DNA of 35,129 nt from an uncultured bacterium (GTDB lineage: Bacteria; SAR324; NAC60-12): positions 26,414 through 61,542 of the forward strand of contig CBFIJD010000016.1 of NCBI GenBank assembly GCA_965662845.1, given 5' to 3'. Each line of letters begins with the position of its first letter. Position 1 is the stretch's first letter. The notes beneath the pieces were generated by a model that was not told the origin of the DNA, did no database searches, and worked only from the letters and a program-made list of their open reading frames with translations. Of this stretch, positions 1 through 9,146 are shown one piece after another. A program made the position numbers and the translations under genes.

Positions 1-213
1 CACTTCCAGCTTTACCTCCGTGCGCACAAACGCGGTGAAGCCGGAAGAGAAGATGTCGGTGAGCAAGATGAGCAGAGAGAGCGCCCCAATCGAGAGAGCG
101 ATTCTGCCATACCACTGAAAGCGAGCTTCGGCAGCGTAACGCGCTTTGAGCCAGCGTTGGGCTTCGGCCGGATCGCGCTGGGCGCGGCGGTTCTTGATGT
201 TGGATTCAGTCAT
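1..213 (-). CDS. pstA: Phosphate ABC transporter permease PstA, 5' part (runs off the window edge)
   Basis: Not in the ORF track; translated by hand from the ATG at 213: MTESNIKNRRAQRDPAEAQRWLKARYAAEARFQWYGRIALSIGALSLLILLTDIFFSGFTAFVRTEVKLEV. It has a 'RYAAEARF' N-terminus followed by a TM helix. The start overlaps the pstC stop (ATGACTGA), giving the canonical pstS-C-A order. Confidence 0.88.
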   Translation of the reverse strand, partial: MTESNIKNRRAQRDPAEAQRWLKARYAAEARFQWYGRIALSIGALSLLILLTDIFSSGFTAFVRTEVKLEV

Positions 214-1579
214 ATTTCTCCCGATACTTCTTGACAATTTGCAGAGCGACGACGTTCAGCGCCAGAGTGACACAGAACAGCACAAGCCCCAGAGAGAAAG
301 CGGAGAGCGTCTTGGGACTGTCAAACTCTTGGTCTCCAATCAGGATGGTGACAATCTGCACCGTCACGGTCGTCACGTTTTCGAGCGGGTTGAGCGTCAG
401 ATTCGCCGAGAGGCCGGCTGCCATCACGACAATCATGGTCTCTCCTACCGCGCGGGAGACCGCGAGCAAGATCGCGCCGACAATGCCGGGGATCGCGGAG
501 GGGAGCACCACCTTGCGGATCGTCTCTGACTTGGTGGCTCCCATGCCCAAAGAGCCGTCACGGAGCGACTGCGGCACCGCGTTGATGACGTCGTCAGAGA
601 GCGAAGAGACGAAAGGAATGATCATGATGCCCATCACCAAACCTGCGGCGAGCGCGCTCTCCGCGGAGACGTCTAGTCCGAGGTCGGAACCGAAGTTGCG
701 GATGATGGGCGCAACTGTCAGCGCGGCGAAGAAGCCATAAACCACCGTTGGGACTCCAGCGAGGATCTCTAGGATTGGCTTGGCGACGTTGCGGAGGCGC
801 TTTGACGCATATTCAGAGAGATAAATTGCCGAGAACAGCCCAACGGGCACCGCCACGCACATCGCGATGAAGCCGATGAGCATGGTTCCGCCAAAGAGCG
901 GGATCGCGCCAAACGCGCCTTCTCCGGCAACTTGGTCGGCCCGCATCGCCATTTGGGGGCTCCACTTGACTCCGAAGAGGAAGTCCGTGATCGGGACCAT
1001 CGTGAAGAAGCGTAGGCTCTCAAAAATCAGCGAGAAGACAATGCCCACGGTCGTCATGATTGCGATCGTTGAGCAGGTAATGAGGAAGGCGTTGAAGACT
1101 GTCTCGACTTTGTTGCGAGCGCGAAATTTAGGAGCAATCTTCGAGCGTCCATAGAGTAATCCGGCGATGGCAACGCCGAGCATGCTCACGACTAGCGCGA
1201 TTTGTCCGGTAGAGCGTAATTCGTTGTAGAGTCGAGCCGCTGCCTGAACATCCTCGCTTGGGTTCGACAGAGCTCCGATAGAAGCGTTTCGAATCTCAAG
1301 GAATAGCATTCCAATCTGATCCTCACCCATGTTTGCAGAACCAGGGACTGCTTCCAGCACCATGGAGCGGATCAGCATGGGCTCAATGATCACCCAAGCA
1401 CAAAGCACAAAGATCGCGGGTAGTCCACACCAGATGGCGACCAAATAACCGTGGTAGTTTGGGAGGGAGTGCAGTTTTTCGTTCGTGGCCGCGCCTGCCA
1501 GTTTCTTGGCTTTGCTCTGCCCCATCAGGTAACTGGAGAACAAGAGCACAGCCAAGGCGGCTAACGACATCGTCAACAT
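206..1579 (-). CDS. pstC: Phosphate ABC transporter permease PstC (long form with N-terminal extension)
   Basis: Motifs KPILEILAGVPTVVYGFF, AVPQSLRDGSLGMGAT (EAA-like loop) and SRAVGETMIV; multiple TM helices; lies downstream of pstS. Confidence 0.95.
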   Translation of the reverse strand: MLTMSLAALAVLLFSSYLMGQSKAKKLAGAATNEKLHSLPNYHGYLVAIWCGLPAIFVLCAWVIIEPMLIRSMVLEAVPGSANMGEDQIGMLFLEIRNASIGALSNPSEDVQAAARLYNELRSTGQIALVVSMLGVAIAGLLYGRSKIAPKFRARNKVETVFNAFLITCSTIAIMTTVGIVFSLIFESLRFFTMVPITDFLFGVKWSPQMAMRADQVAGEGAFGAIPLFGGTMLIGFIAMCVAVPVGLFSAIYLSEYASKRLRNVAKPILEILAGVPTVVYGFFAALTVAPIIRNFGSDLGLDVSAESALAAGLVMGIMIIPFVSSLSDDVINAVPQSLRDGSLGMGATKSETIRKVVLPSAIPGIVGAILLAVSRAVGETMIVVMAAGLSANLTLNPLENVTTVTVQIVTILIGDQEFDSPKTLSAFSLGLVLFCVTLALNVVALQIVKKYREKYD

Positions 1580-1606
1580 AGGAGCCTCGGATTGGAGAGG
1601 TTGGAA

Positions 1607-1630
1607 CCGACAGCGCTGGAGCGCTGTCGG
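1607..1630 (-). other. Perfect inverted repeat between pstS and pstC (likely mRNA-stabilising hairpin)
   Basis: ccgacagcgct-gg-agcgctgtcgg, with 11-bp arms and no U-tract on the minus strand. Confidence 0.7.
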
Positions 1631-1659
1631 CGAGCGAGAAATGAGAGCAGAGAGGGGGA

Positions 1660-2640
1660 TTACATGGAGATGGTTACCATCTCTTGGCTGTTCTTCTGAA
1701 TTTCACGGCGCTGCTTGGGGCTCAAGGGCACCAAGCCGATGTCAGACAAGTAGCCGAATGGGCCCAGGGCTGCGTTGCTGGTGTATTCTTCGATGAAGTC
1801 TTGCATGCCAGGGATGACACCCATGTGCTGCTTCTTGACGTAGAAGAATAGCGGGCGGGAGATCGCATATTCATAGGATTGGATGCCTTCAAGGGTGGGC
1901 TCCAAACCGTCGATGACCGCGGGCTGGATCTTGTCACGGTTGCTGTCGAGGTAGCTGAAACCAAAGATCGCGAACGCGTTCGGGTTCTTGTCCAGCTTCT
2001 GCACGAGCAGGGTGTCGTTCTCGGTTCCTTCGGTCACGCGTCCGTCTTCGCGCATCAGCTCACAGTCGTCCTTGTTTGCTTTCTTGACTGCTGGGTCACA
2101 CCCGCCGCCCATCGCGAGAGAGTTCCACGCGTCACGTGTACCGGAGGTCGGAGGTGGCACGAGGATTTCGATTTCTGCGTTTGGCAAGCTGGGGTCAATC
2201 TCGTTCCAGCGGCTTGGCTTTGGTCCCTTCTCAGCCATCGCTTTCCAGATTTGCTCCAGTGTCAGGTCGAACTGCGGCCCCTTGACGCTGTTAGCGAACG
2301 CGATTCCGTCATTACCGACGATGATTTCCACGATTTCGCTTACACCGTTCTTCTTGCAGATTTCCTTCTCGGAGTCTTTGATCGCGCGAGAAGCGTTGGT
2401 CATGTCTGGGTGTCCCGTGCCTACGCCGCCGCAGAACAACTTCATGCCACCGCCGGTTCCGGTTGATTCTACAACTGGTGTTTTGAAGCCTTTTGAACCG
2501 TGTCGCTCAGCGACCACAGTGGTGAAGGGGTATACGGTGGAGGAACCAACGATTTGGATTTGGTCACGGGCTTGGGCCACACCGGTCACGAGCAGCGCTG
2601 CTAAGCCGGCAGCCAAGGTAGCAATGGTCTTGCGAAACAT
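1660..2640 (-). CDS. pstS: Phosphate-binding periplasmic protein PstS
   Basis: Signal peptide ending AQA; motifs IVGSSTVYPF, ESTGTGGG, NASR, PPTSGTRD and YAISRPLFFYVK; RBS AGGAGA upstream. Confidence 0.96.
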   Translation of the reverse strand: MFRKTIATLAAGLAALLVTGVAQARDQIQIVGSSTVYPFTTVVAERHGSKGFKTPVVESTGTGGGMKLFCGGVGTGHPDMTNASRAIKDSEKEICKKNGVSEIVEIIVGNDGIAFANSVKGPQFDLTLEQIWKAMAEKGPKPSRWNEIDPSLPNAEIEILVPPPTSGTRDAWNSLAMGGGCDPAVKKANKDDCELMREDGRVTEGTENDTLLVQKLDKNPNAFAIFGFSYLDSNRDKIQPAVIDGLEPTLEGIQSYEYAISRPLFFYVKKQHMGVIPGMQDFIEEYTSNAALGPFGYLSDIGLVPLSPKQRREIQKNSQEMVTISM

Positions 2641-2712
2641 AGTTCTCCTATGGAGGATAAGAGTTCTGACTCGTTGGTAAGCCCTCGGAGTCTGATTTTG
2701 CTGGGTTTTCCC

Positions 2713-2751
2713 AACAGAAAAGGGGTGGGAGCTTCAAAAGCGTTCCTACCC
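2713..2751 (-). terminator. Candidate intrinsic terminator upstream of pstS (would end the cyclase-ribE transcript)
   Basis: The minus strand reads GGGTAGGAACGCTT-TTG-AAGCTCCCACCC followed by CTTTTCTGTT: an imperfect stem plus a U-rich tail. Confidence 0.45.
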
Positions 2752-2802
2752 TATCGGGGCTTTGTTAGGATTGTATTAAGACAATAAAAATAATTATTTA
2801 GG
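2748..2802 (-). promoter_or_regulatory. Putative Pho-box-type promoter of pstSCA
   Basis: Plus-strand ttagg/ttaag/ttagg at 2765, 2776 and 2798 lie in 11-bp phase. 2764-2781 matches 12883-12900 at 14/18 positions. A -10-like TAGGGT lies at 2753-2748. Confidence 0.65.
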
Positions 2803-2896
2803 CGGTTGAGAGGGCTTGATCTGACCCAGCCGCAAAGAGAAGAGCCGAAGATGTAGGGAGGGAAAATACGAACTTCAGGAGCAGAGACAGCGCAGT

Positions 2897-3517
2897 CTAA
2901 GAGCGCAAAGAGGAGAGCATTTCGGGGAGAGTTTGTTCCAGAGTTTGCACAATGACTTTGGTGTGATGGTCAAATTCTAAGTGCAACGGCGTACCGACGT
3001 GAGCTGCGCCAAGAGTCGTGCGTTCGAGAGTTTCCGGGATCAAAGCCACGGAGAAGAGCGCGGGCTTGACTTGAACCACGGTTAAGCTCACGCCGTGAAG
3101 CGCAATCCAACCTTTAGGCATCAGAAATTTCCGACATTCAGCAGGAAAGCTCACCCACATTTCGCGGTTACCGGGCGCTTCTTCAATGTGGACAACCTCC
3201 CCAGTGGTGTCGATGTGCCCGGTGACGTGGTGTCCTCCGATCTCATCACCCACTCTCAGCGCCCGCTCAATATTGACCCAATCACCCGCTCTCAAGTTGC
3301 CAAGAGTCGTGCGATCCAAGGTCTCTTGGATCACATCAAACTCCACGCGTCCCTCTTTGACCGACACAGCGCTGAGGCAGACGCCGGAAACCGCCACGCT
3401 CGCGCCAAGTTGCAAGTCCGCGCTCAGCTCGCCAAGTTGCAGAGTCAAGCGAGTCCGCCCTGGACTGTGTGCATTTGTCAGGACTGGACAAGCGCGCTGG
3501 ACGATTCCCGAGAACAT
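2897..3517 (-). CDS. ribE: Riboflavin synthase (alpha chain)
   Basis: MFSGIV N-terminus; two lumazine-binding repeats (SVAVSGVCLS...ETLDRTTLG...VNIERAL and IALHGVSLTV...LIPETLERTTLG); GGHHVTGHID. Confidence 0.93.
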   Translation of the reverse strand: MFSGIVQRACPVLTNAHSPGRTRLTLQLGELSADLQLGASVAVSGVCLSAVSVKEGRVEFDVIQETLDRTTLGNLRAGDWVNIERALRVGDEIGGHHVTGHIDTTGEVVHIEEAPGNREMWVSFPAECRKFLMPKGWIALHGVSLTVVQVKPALFSVALIPETLERTTLGAAHVGTPLHLEFDHHTKVIVQTLEQTLPEMLSSLRS

Positions 3518-5607
3518 TAGCCTTTCTCAGTGTGCGTGTACACGCCATCCCAGTCACTTGGCGGAGGCGTCTCGAGGAAGGTTTGACAGCGCTTGATGTA
3601 CGTCAAGCACGGTCCGTCATTGTCAATGTATTGGAGGCCCTTTTGGAAGTGCTCAATCGCGGTGACATAGTCGCGCTCTTTGTAGCACTCCAATCCTTTG
3701 GTGTAGTGTTCCAAGACGGAGGTGATGGGGCCACTTGTTTGATTCTTGAAGTCCAGCACTTCAAAGATCGGCACGGGCTCTTTTTTCCCCACCACACGGA
3801 CAATATCTAGCTCACGAGCGTCGATATAGTCTTTGGCACCTTCAATCTTTTCCGTACCGTGATAGGTCGTGCCAGAGATCATACTGAAGGTCTTGTAAAA
3901 CTTATTCGCCCCTTCCAGACGGGCGGCCAAGTTCACCGTGTCTCCCATGATCGTGTAGTCCATGCGCTGCTGAGAGCCCATGTTCCCGACGACAATCGGG
4001 CCACTGTTCACACCTTGACGGGCGAACAGCTGCGGTTTCTGCTGCTCCTTCCACTGAACACGCAGCTCTTCCAGACGTTTCTGCATGTCAATCATGGCGT
4101 AACAGCAGAGGCGCGTGTGATCTGGTTGATCCAGAGGCGCTCCCCAAAAGGCGATGATCGCGTCCCCCTCAAACTTGTCGATCGTCCCAGTGCGATGAGC
4201 GATAATGTTACACATCTCCGTGAGATATTCGTTCAGTAAGGCGACTAGTTCATCGGGCGTGAGCGCTTCGGAGATCGTGGAGAAGCCTTGTACATCAGAG
4301 AAGTAGGCGGTCATTTCGCGTCGCTCTCCCCCTAGGCTCAGTTTGGAGGGATCTTCCACAATCACATCAATCACATCCGGCGACAGGTATTGTGAGAACG
4401 CGCTCTTGATGAAGGCTTTCTCCTGACGCTCTGACATGAACAAGTAGAGATTGATCGTGATAAAGCTCAGCAGGCTAGCGAGCAGCACATACGTCATCGA
4501 CATCGCGATGCCAAACTCGATGTAGGCATAAAACGCAACGCCAATGTAAGCAGCGATTGCTAGCAAAAACAGCAGGTTGTGAAACTTGGAAGACTGAGAA
4601 ATCAAGATGAAGAGCACCATCATTCCGATCAAAATCATCGCCTCTGACTCAGAGCTTAAAGGCTTGATTGGCCCACCGTTCATCATAGACCAGATGGTGT
4701 AAGCCAGCAGCTCGACTCCATAAATTTCACCGACTGGAGTCGTGAAGATATCGTGTGAGACCTCTGTGGTGTCGCCGACTAACACGAGCTTGTCTTTGAT
4801 CCAGTACTCCAATTCGTAGATTTCATCTTCGTCATAATCTTCAATGCCGTAGATCTCTCCCTCGTAGAGGTTGAGGATTTCGGCAGCGGTGATTCCAGCG
4901 TAATCGTGCAAAAACGCAGCGCCGGCGGGCATAGCTGGATAGTCAATCCACAAATCCCCGTTGTGATCCAGCGGGATTCTACGATCTCCCATCACGAGCG
5001 TATTCCCTTCTAGCTTGGGCTCTACCCCCCAATACATCGCTAGAGCTTGGACCGCCCACGGCCAGATATTGTGCTCTGCAACCGCTTCAGGATAGATCCG
5101 CACACGAGAGAGCATGCTCCCAATCAAGGTGTGGTTTGTGTAGCCTCCGACCGTGGCTTCTTGCAGGACAGGGGTCGCTCCGTTCACGCCGTTGATTTGC
5201 CCACCTTGCATCTGCAACTGCGCCACGACCATCGTGTTCGGTTTTTCTCGTAGAGCATCTGCCAAAATGGGATCTTCTCCGTAGCCGTTGGGGAAGTCCA
5301 TCAACATATCGAGAGCCACAACTTTGGCGCCTAGCTGCTGCAAATTCGTCACAATGTCGGCGATGTGCTGTCGCTGCAGGGGCCAGCTACCATATTCACT
5401 AAAAAACTGTTCATCGGTGTCGACAATGACAATCTCTTGGTCGGGGAAGGCGTGCTTCGCTGGATCGTCACTCCAGCGAAGGAGGTGTCGATAGCCTTGG
5501 AGTTGGTTCTCTACACCTGGAAAAATCTCGTAGTGTTCCGCCGGGATCATGAGGCTGAAAATGATCAGGGTGAACCACAGATCGGGGCGCTTCAGAAGCT
5601 TTATCAT
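3517..5607 (-). CDS. CHASE2-domain membrane class III adenylate cyclase with C-terminal TPR-like tail
   Basis: CHASE2 motifs (IVIVDTDE, GSWPLQR, GAKVVALD, TPVGEIYGVEL) followed by 3 TM helices. Catalytic motifs FSDVQGFS, IDKFEGDA and DYTIMGDTVNLAARLE; the Lys/Thr pair indicates ATP specificity. The protein ends in WDGVYTHTEK. Confidence 0.92.
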   Translation of the reverse strand: MIKLLKRPDLWFTLIIFSLMIPAEHYEIFPGVENQLQGYRHLLRWSDDPAKHAFPDQEIVIVDTDEQFFSEYGSWPLQRQHIADIVTNLQQLGAKVVALDMLMDFPNGYGEDPILADALREKPNTMVVAQLQMQGGQINGVNGATPVLQEATVGGYTNHTLIGSMLSRVRIYPEAVAEHNIWPWAVQALAMYWGVEPKLEGNTLVMGDRRIPLDHNGDLWIDYPAMPAGAAFLHDYAGITAAEILNLYEGEIYGIEDYDEDEIYELEYWIKDKLVLVGDTTEVSHDIFTTPVGEIYGVELLAYTIWSMMNGGPIKPLSSESEAMILIGMMVLFILISQSSKFHNLLFLLAIAAYIGVAFYAYIEFGIAMSMTYVLLASLLSFITINLYLFMSERQEKAFIKSAFSQYLSPDVIDVIVEDPSKLSLGGERREMTAYFSDVQGFSTISEALTPDELVALLNEYLTEMCNIIAHRTGTIDKFEGDAIIAFWGAPLDQPDHTRLCCYAMIDMQKRLEELRVQWKEQQKPQLFARQGVNSGPIVVGNMGSQQRMDYTIMGDTVNLAARLEGANKFYKTFSMISGTTYHGTEKIEGAKDYIDARELDIVRVVGKKEPVPIFEVLDFKNQTSGPITSVLEHYTKGLECYKERDYVTAIEHFQKGLQYIDNDGPCLTYIKRCQTFLETPPPSDWDGVYTHTEKG

Positions 5608-5635
5608 GGAAATGTCTTGGTCGGGGGGAGCGGTG

Positions 5636-5669
5636 TTTGGCAGCGGCGATGGAGGAAGCCGCTACCAAA
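5636..5669 (-). other. Intergenic stem-loop
   Basis: Minus strand TTTGGTAGCGGC-TTCCTCCATC-GCCGCTGCCAAA: a 12-bp stem with one G-U pair and no U-tract. Confidence 0.55.
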
Positions 5670-5691
5670 AGGGAAGGAACGTTGGTGAAGG

Positions 5692-6621
5692 TCAGAGGTT
5701 GGTCTGATATGTTTCCGTGACCTCTTCCTTCAATTTCTCCAGTTTCAGCCGTGAGTACACTTCAATCATAAAGGGGCGAAGATCATTAACGTCCTCATCA
5801 TCGCCATACTCTTTGAAGAAGGCTTCATACTTCATCATCGCGGGGGCCAACAGGCCTGCGTCTTTCATCGCGCCGGCTGTCAGGAAGCCATCGCTGTCGA
5901 AAGGTGCAACTGCAGCGAGTGATTCTTCATACTTCTGGAGTTTGCGTCCTTCCAGCCATCTCAAACGGCGCTCCTTGCTCTTGCTGACCACTTTGCCGTC
6001 TTTGTCGAGGACTTCGACGTAGAATTTGGCTCGCTTCTTAAATGGCTCAATCTTCTGCATGACCACAGTGCCTTCCACCGGAGCAATGTCATACGCTTGA
6101 CCGTCATCGATGTGAAGCTTGTAGGAATATTCAGGCCCTTTGCTCTCCCAGATCACTTCAGTGTGACCGTCCATCAGGGTCTGGTTCCCCAAATCAACTG
6201 TCAAATCTACCCCCGCGTGATTCGCGGAGCGACGCACGGTGGTGTATTTCTGAGTTTTGGCAAACTGCTTGTCCAAGCCTGCCAGCAGGTCTCCTGCCGC
6301 TTCCGTTGCGCCCAGCTCGCCAGCGACCAACTCAAGCCCAGCGTCCGTAATCTTCACTTCTGAACCAGCTAAGAGGGTCGTCGTCTCTTGACTCTGTTGG
6401 TTTACAAATTTGGCTCCGCCACCCTCTTGGACACGGATGGTGTAGTTAGAAAAGATAAATTTGTTGCGGCGGACGGGTTTCCAGCGTTTGCCGTTCTTGG
6501 TGTACTCAACTTTACCCTGCACGTCGAACACCATCCCAAGAGGTACCCGCTTTGCGAGCAGTGGGGGCGCTGTGAGCAGCAAGGCGAGGGCGAGAAGTAG
6601 AAGGGTTCTGGTTGCTTTCAT
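5692..6621 (-). CDS. Secreted hypothetical protein (FecR-like N-terminal beta region, helical C-terminus)
   Basis: Likely start is [23 protein letters not shown] (signal peptide), with GGAGAA RBS upstream. 'VQGKVEY...IRVQEGGGA' resembles FecR-like periplasmic domains (inference). Confidence 0.75.
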   Translation of the reverse strand: MKATRTLLLLALALLLTAPPLLAKRVPLGMVFDVQGKVEYTKNGKRWKPVRRNKFIFSNYTIRVQEGGGAKFVNQQSQETTTLLAGSEVKITDAGLELVAGELGATEAAGDLLAGLDKQFAKTQKYTTVRRSANHAGVDLTVDLGNQTLMDGHTEVIWESKGPEYSYKLHIDDGQAYDIAPVEGTVVMQKIEPFKKRAKFYVEVLDKDGKVVSKSKERRLRWLEGRKLQKYEESLAAVAPFDSDGFLTAGAMKDAGLLAPAMMKYEAFFKEYGDDEDVNDLRPFMIEVYSRLKLEKLKEEVTETYQTNL

Positions 6622-6923
6622 TAGATTCTCCAGAGTATTCGGGTTTTCATAAACGAGCAGGCTTACCTGCACTAGTTATTATGGAACAAAGACCCTAAAG
6701 AAGAGATGGATCTTTCTTCAAAGATGGCCACTAACGGGGCGACACGCTATTACATGAACCACCAATTGACAACCTTTTTTCCTGTCACATTTATGCGGCA
6801 GTTCTCGTGCGCAAAGAGCGATCTTTCAAAAAAAACTGTAGCCGTTTGCAAGCTTATTGCAGCGGCGGCAAAAAATAACAACTCGGCTCGCTAAACTTTT
6901 AGAAATTTCACGAAAAATTCATC

Positions 6924-7307
6924 TTGTCAGCAAATTTTCCTTGGCTATGGGTCATGCTTGGGGGTAGCGTTGGGGCCCTTGGTCGATGGTGGGTCGGACA
7001 AAATCTAGCGTCATGGGTGGGCAGCAGCTTTCCGATAGGGACGCTGTTTGTGAACGCTGTCGGCTCCGCCTTGTTCGGTTTTCTGTTGGTCCAACTGGAA
7101 GGAAATCCTACTGCGCGCCTGCTCGTATTAAATGGCTTTCTCGGCGCTTTCACGACCTTCTCCACTTTCAGCGCTGATACCGTCACTTTGATGTTGGCGC
7201 AAGCGTGGCGATTGGCTCTTCTGAATGTTGGAGCAAACGTGCTCATCAGCTTAGGGCTCTGCGGACTTGGTATCTGGTGCGCCAAGACCTTTTTCTCACC
7301 AACCTAA
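6924..7307 (+). CDS. crcB: Fluoride efflux channel CrcB/Fluc
   Basis: [18 protein letters not shown] and the signature [12 protein letters not shown]; 4 TM helices; TTG start. Confidence 0.93.
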   Translation: MSANFPWLWVMLGGSVGALGRWWVGQNLASWVGSSFPIGTLFVNAVGSALFGFLLVQLEGNPTARLLVLNGFLGAFTTFSTFSADTVTLMLAQAWRLALLNVGANVLISLGLCGLGIWCAKTFFSPT

Positions 7308-7324
7308 TTCACTCGGAGTGCAAC

Positions 7325-8599
7325 GTGCTACGCAATCGCATCCTCTCGGTCTCAGCCATGGAAATTTTGGACTCTCGTGGAAATCCAACGTTGCGAGCGT
7401 TCGTGTATTTGGAAGATGGGACTCGGACTTCGGCTTCTGTGCCTTCAGGAGCTTCTACGGGAGAGAATGAGGCCCTAGAGCTGCGCGACGGGGACGCCCA
7501 GCGCTACAATGGCAAAGGAGTCCTGAACGCCGTCAATCACGTCAACACCCGCATCGCTCCAGAGTTGTGCGGGATGCAGCCTGAGCAACAAGCCGAAATT
7601 GATCGCATGATGCTGGAGTTAGACGGCTCAGACTTCAAAAAGAATTTGGGAGCAAACGCGGTCTTGGGCGTTTCAATGGCGGTCGCGAAAGCCGCTGCGG
7701 CTTCCTATCAAGTGCCTCTCTATCAATACTTAGGCGGGGTCGGGAGCTATCGCCTACCGGTGCCCATGTTGAATATTTTGAATGGCGGAGAGCACGCCGA
7801 CAACAGCGTTGATTTGCAAGAGTTCATGATCATGCCGCAGGGGGCCGCGACGTTCTCTGCCGCCTTGCGAGCCGGCGCTGAGACCTTCCATGCGCTGAAG
7901 AAGATTTTGCACAAGAAAAATTATGCCACCAGCGTGGGAGATGAAGGCGGCTTTGCTCCCAATCTGGGATCCAATGAAGAGGCCTGTGACTTGATCCTAG
8001 AAGCGCTTCAAACCGCAGGCTACGTCCCAGGCAAAGACATTTTCTTGGCGCTTGACGCCGCCGCAAGCTCATTCTGCAACAAAGAGACAAAGCAATATGA
8101 ATTCAAGTGGTCTGGCGGAGGAAACAAAAACAGCGCCGAGATGCTGAGCTTCTATGAGAATATGTGTGCTCAATATCCGATTTGCTCCATCGAAGACCCC
8201 ATGGACGAACAAGACTGGGACGGCTTCAGCCAAATCACCTCAAAGCTTGGAGACAAAGTCCAGATTGTTGGAGACGACCTCTTTGTGACGAACAGCCGCT
8301 TTGTGCAAGAGGGCATCGAGAAAAACGCCGCAAACGCGGTTTTGATCAAATTGAACCAAATTGGCACGGTCACTGAGACCGTAGAGGCCATTCAACTCTG
8401 CCAGAAAGCCGGTTGGAACTACATCATCTCGCACCGCAGCGGAGAGACAGAAGACACCTTCATGGCTGACTTCGCCGTCGCGATGGGAGGTGGGCAAATC
8501 AAAACAGGCTCCACCTCACGCAGCGAACGCATCGCTAAATACAACCGTCTACTAGAAATCGAGCACGATCTCGGTAAATCCGCCCGCTTCGGACGCTGA
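7325..8599 (+). CDS. eno: Enolase (phosphopyruvate hydratase)
   Basis: [50 protein letters not shown] and RSERIAKYN. Start reassigned to GTG 7325, with GGAG RBS at 7315-7318. Confidence 0.97.
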   Translation: MLRNRILSVSAMEILDSRGNPTLRAFVYLEDGTRTSASVPSGASTGENEALELRDGDAQRYNGKGVLNAVNHVNTRIAPELCGMQPEQQAEIDRMMLELDGSDFKKNLGANAVLGVSMAVAKAAAASYQVPLYQYLGGVGSYRLPVPMLNILNGGEHADNSVDLQEFMIMPQGAATFSAALRAGAETFHALKKILHKKNYATSVGDEGGFAPNLGSNEEACDLILEALQTAGYVPGKDIFLALDAAASSFCNKETKQYEFKWSGGGNKNSAEMLSFYENMCAQYPICSIEDPMDEQDWDGFSQITSKLGDKVQIVGDDLFVTNSRFVQEGIEKNAANAVLIKLNQIGTVTETVEAIQLCQKAGWNYIISHRSGETEDTFMADFAVAMGGGQIKTGSTSRSERIAKYNRLLEIEHDLGKSARFGR

Positions 8600-8645
8600 G
8601 CCGTCTGATTCATCTTTCGCTTACTCACACGCCATTGGAGGGCTT

Positions 8646-9146
8646 ATGTGGTTGCGACGCAACAAACCCGATATGAAATCTTCTGAAACTGTTTTTCTCC
8701 CTCAAGGCACCAAAGCCAACGGGCATTGGAACTGCACGGCTCCAGTCCGCATTGGTGGCATCTTCGAGGGGCGCTTGGAGTGCGCACAAATTCTCTTGGT
8801 CGAAGCACAGGCCGAAATCCATGCCAATGTCTGGGCGCGAAATGCGGTGATTCATGGGCTCGTTGATGGCGACCTCTTCTGTCACGAACAGCTCCTGCTG
8901 CACAAAACAGCCCGTGTCACCGGCAGCATCACGGTTCCCCCTGGGAGTTTTGTGATGCAAGAAGGGGCCGTGGTGCAAGGAGCCGTGCGTTCATGGGCCC
9001 AGCATCAGGCCGAACGCAGCAAAGAAGTGCTAATGAAGCTCTCTCGCCAGTCAAACGCCTCCGATTCGCAGAGCTTGCCCCACCCAACAGAGCTTCAGGA
9101 AGATCCAGAAGCCCTGGTTGAGCAGAGTCTCGCCTTCCTCGTATGA
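8646..9146 (+). CDS. Bactofilin / polymer-forming cytoskeletal family protein
   Basis: Beta-helical pattern VRIGGIFEGRL...IHANVWARNAVIHGLVDGDL...ARVTGSI...MQEGAVVQG; GGAGG RBS upstream. Confidence 0.82.
   Translation: MWLRRNKPDMKSSETVFLPQGTKANGHWNCTAPVRIGGIFEGRLECAQILLVEAQAEIHANVWARNAVIHGLVDGDLFCHEQLLLHKTARVTGSITVPPGSFVMQEGAVVQGAVRSWAQHQAERSKEVLMKLSRQSNASDSQSLPHPTELQEDPEALVEQSLAFLV

Noticed and set aside
2897..3517. Lumazine/antenna protein instead of riboflavin synthase (MFSG rather than MFTG)
   Set aside because: The catalytic-type residues (F2, the Ser and Cys of SVAVSGVCL, GGH..GH) are retained, and no lux genes are nearby.
5645..5660. GGCGATGGAGGAAGCC, resembling the 5' end of a fluoride riboswitch
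   Set aside because: It is on the strand opposite the flanking genes, lacks the 3' conserved part, and is explained by a simple intergenic hairpin.
6700..6760. Possible fluoride riboswitch upstream of crcB (GAAGAGATGGATCTTTCTTC hairpin resembles P1)
   Set aside because: The downstream GCTRATGA-type element and the pseudoknot partner for the loop are absent, and the site is about 200 nt from the crcB start.
7205..7324. N-terminal extensions of eno (from 7205), aroK (from 30667), the 5692 ORF (from 6672) and the phosphatase-like ORF (from 12858) given by the ORF track
   Set aside because: Downstream starts have RBS or stop-start overlap support and match family N-termini or signal peptides.
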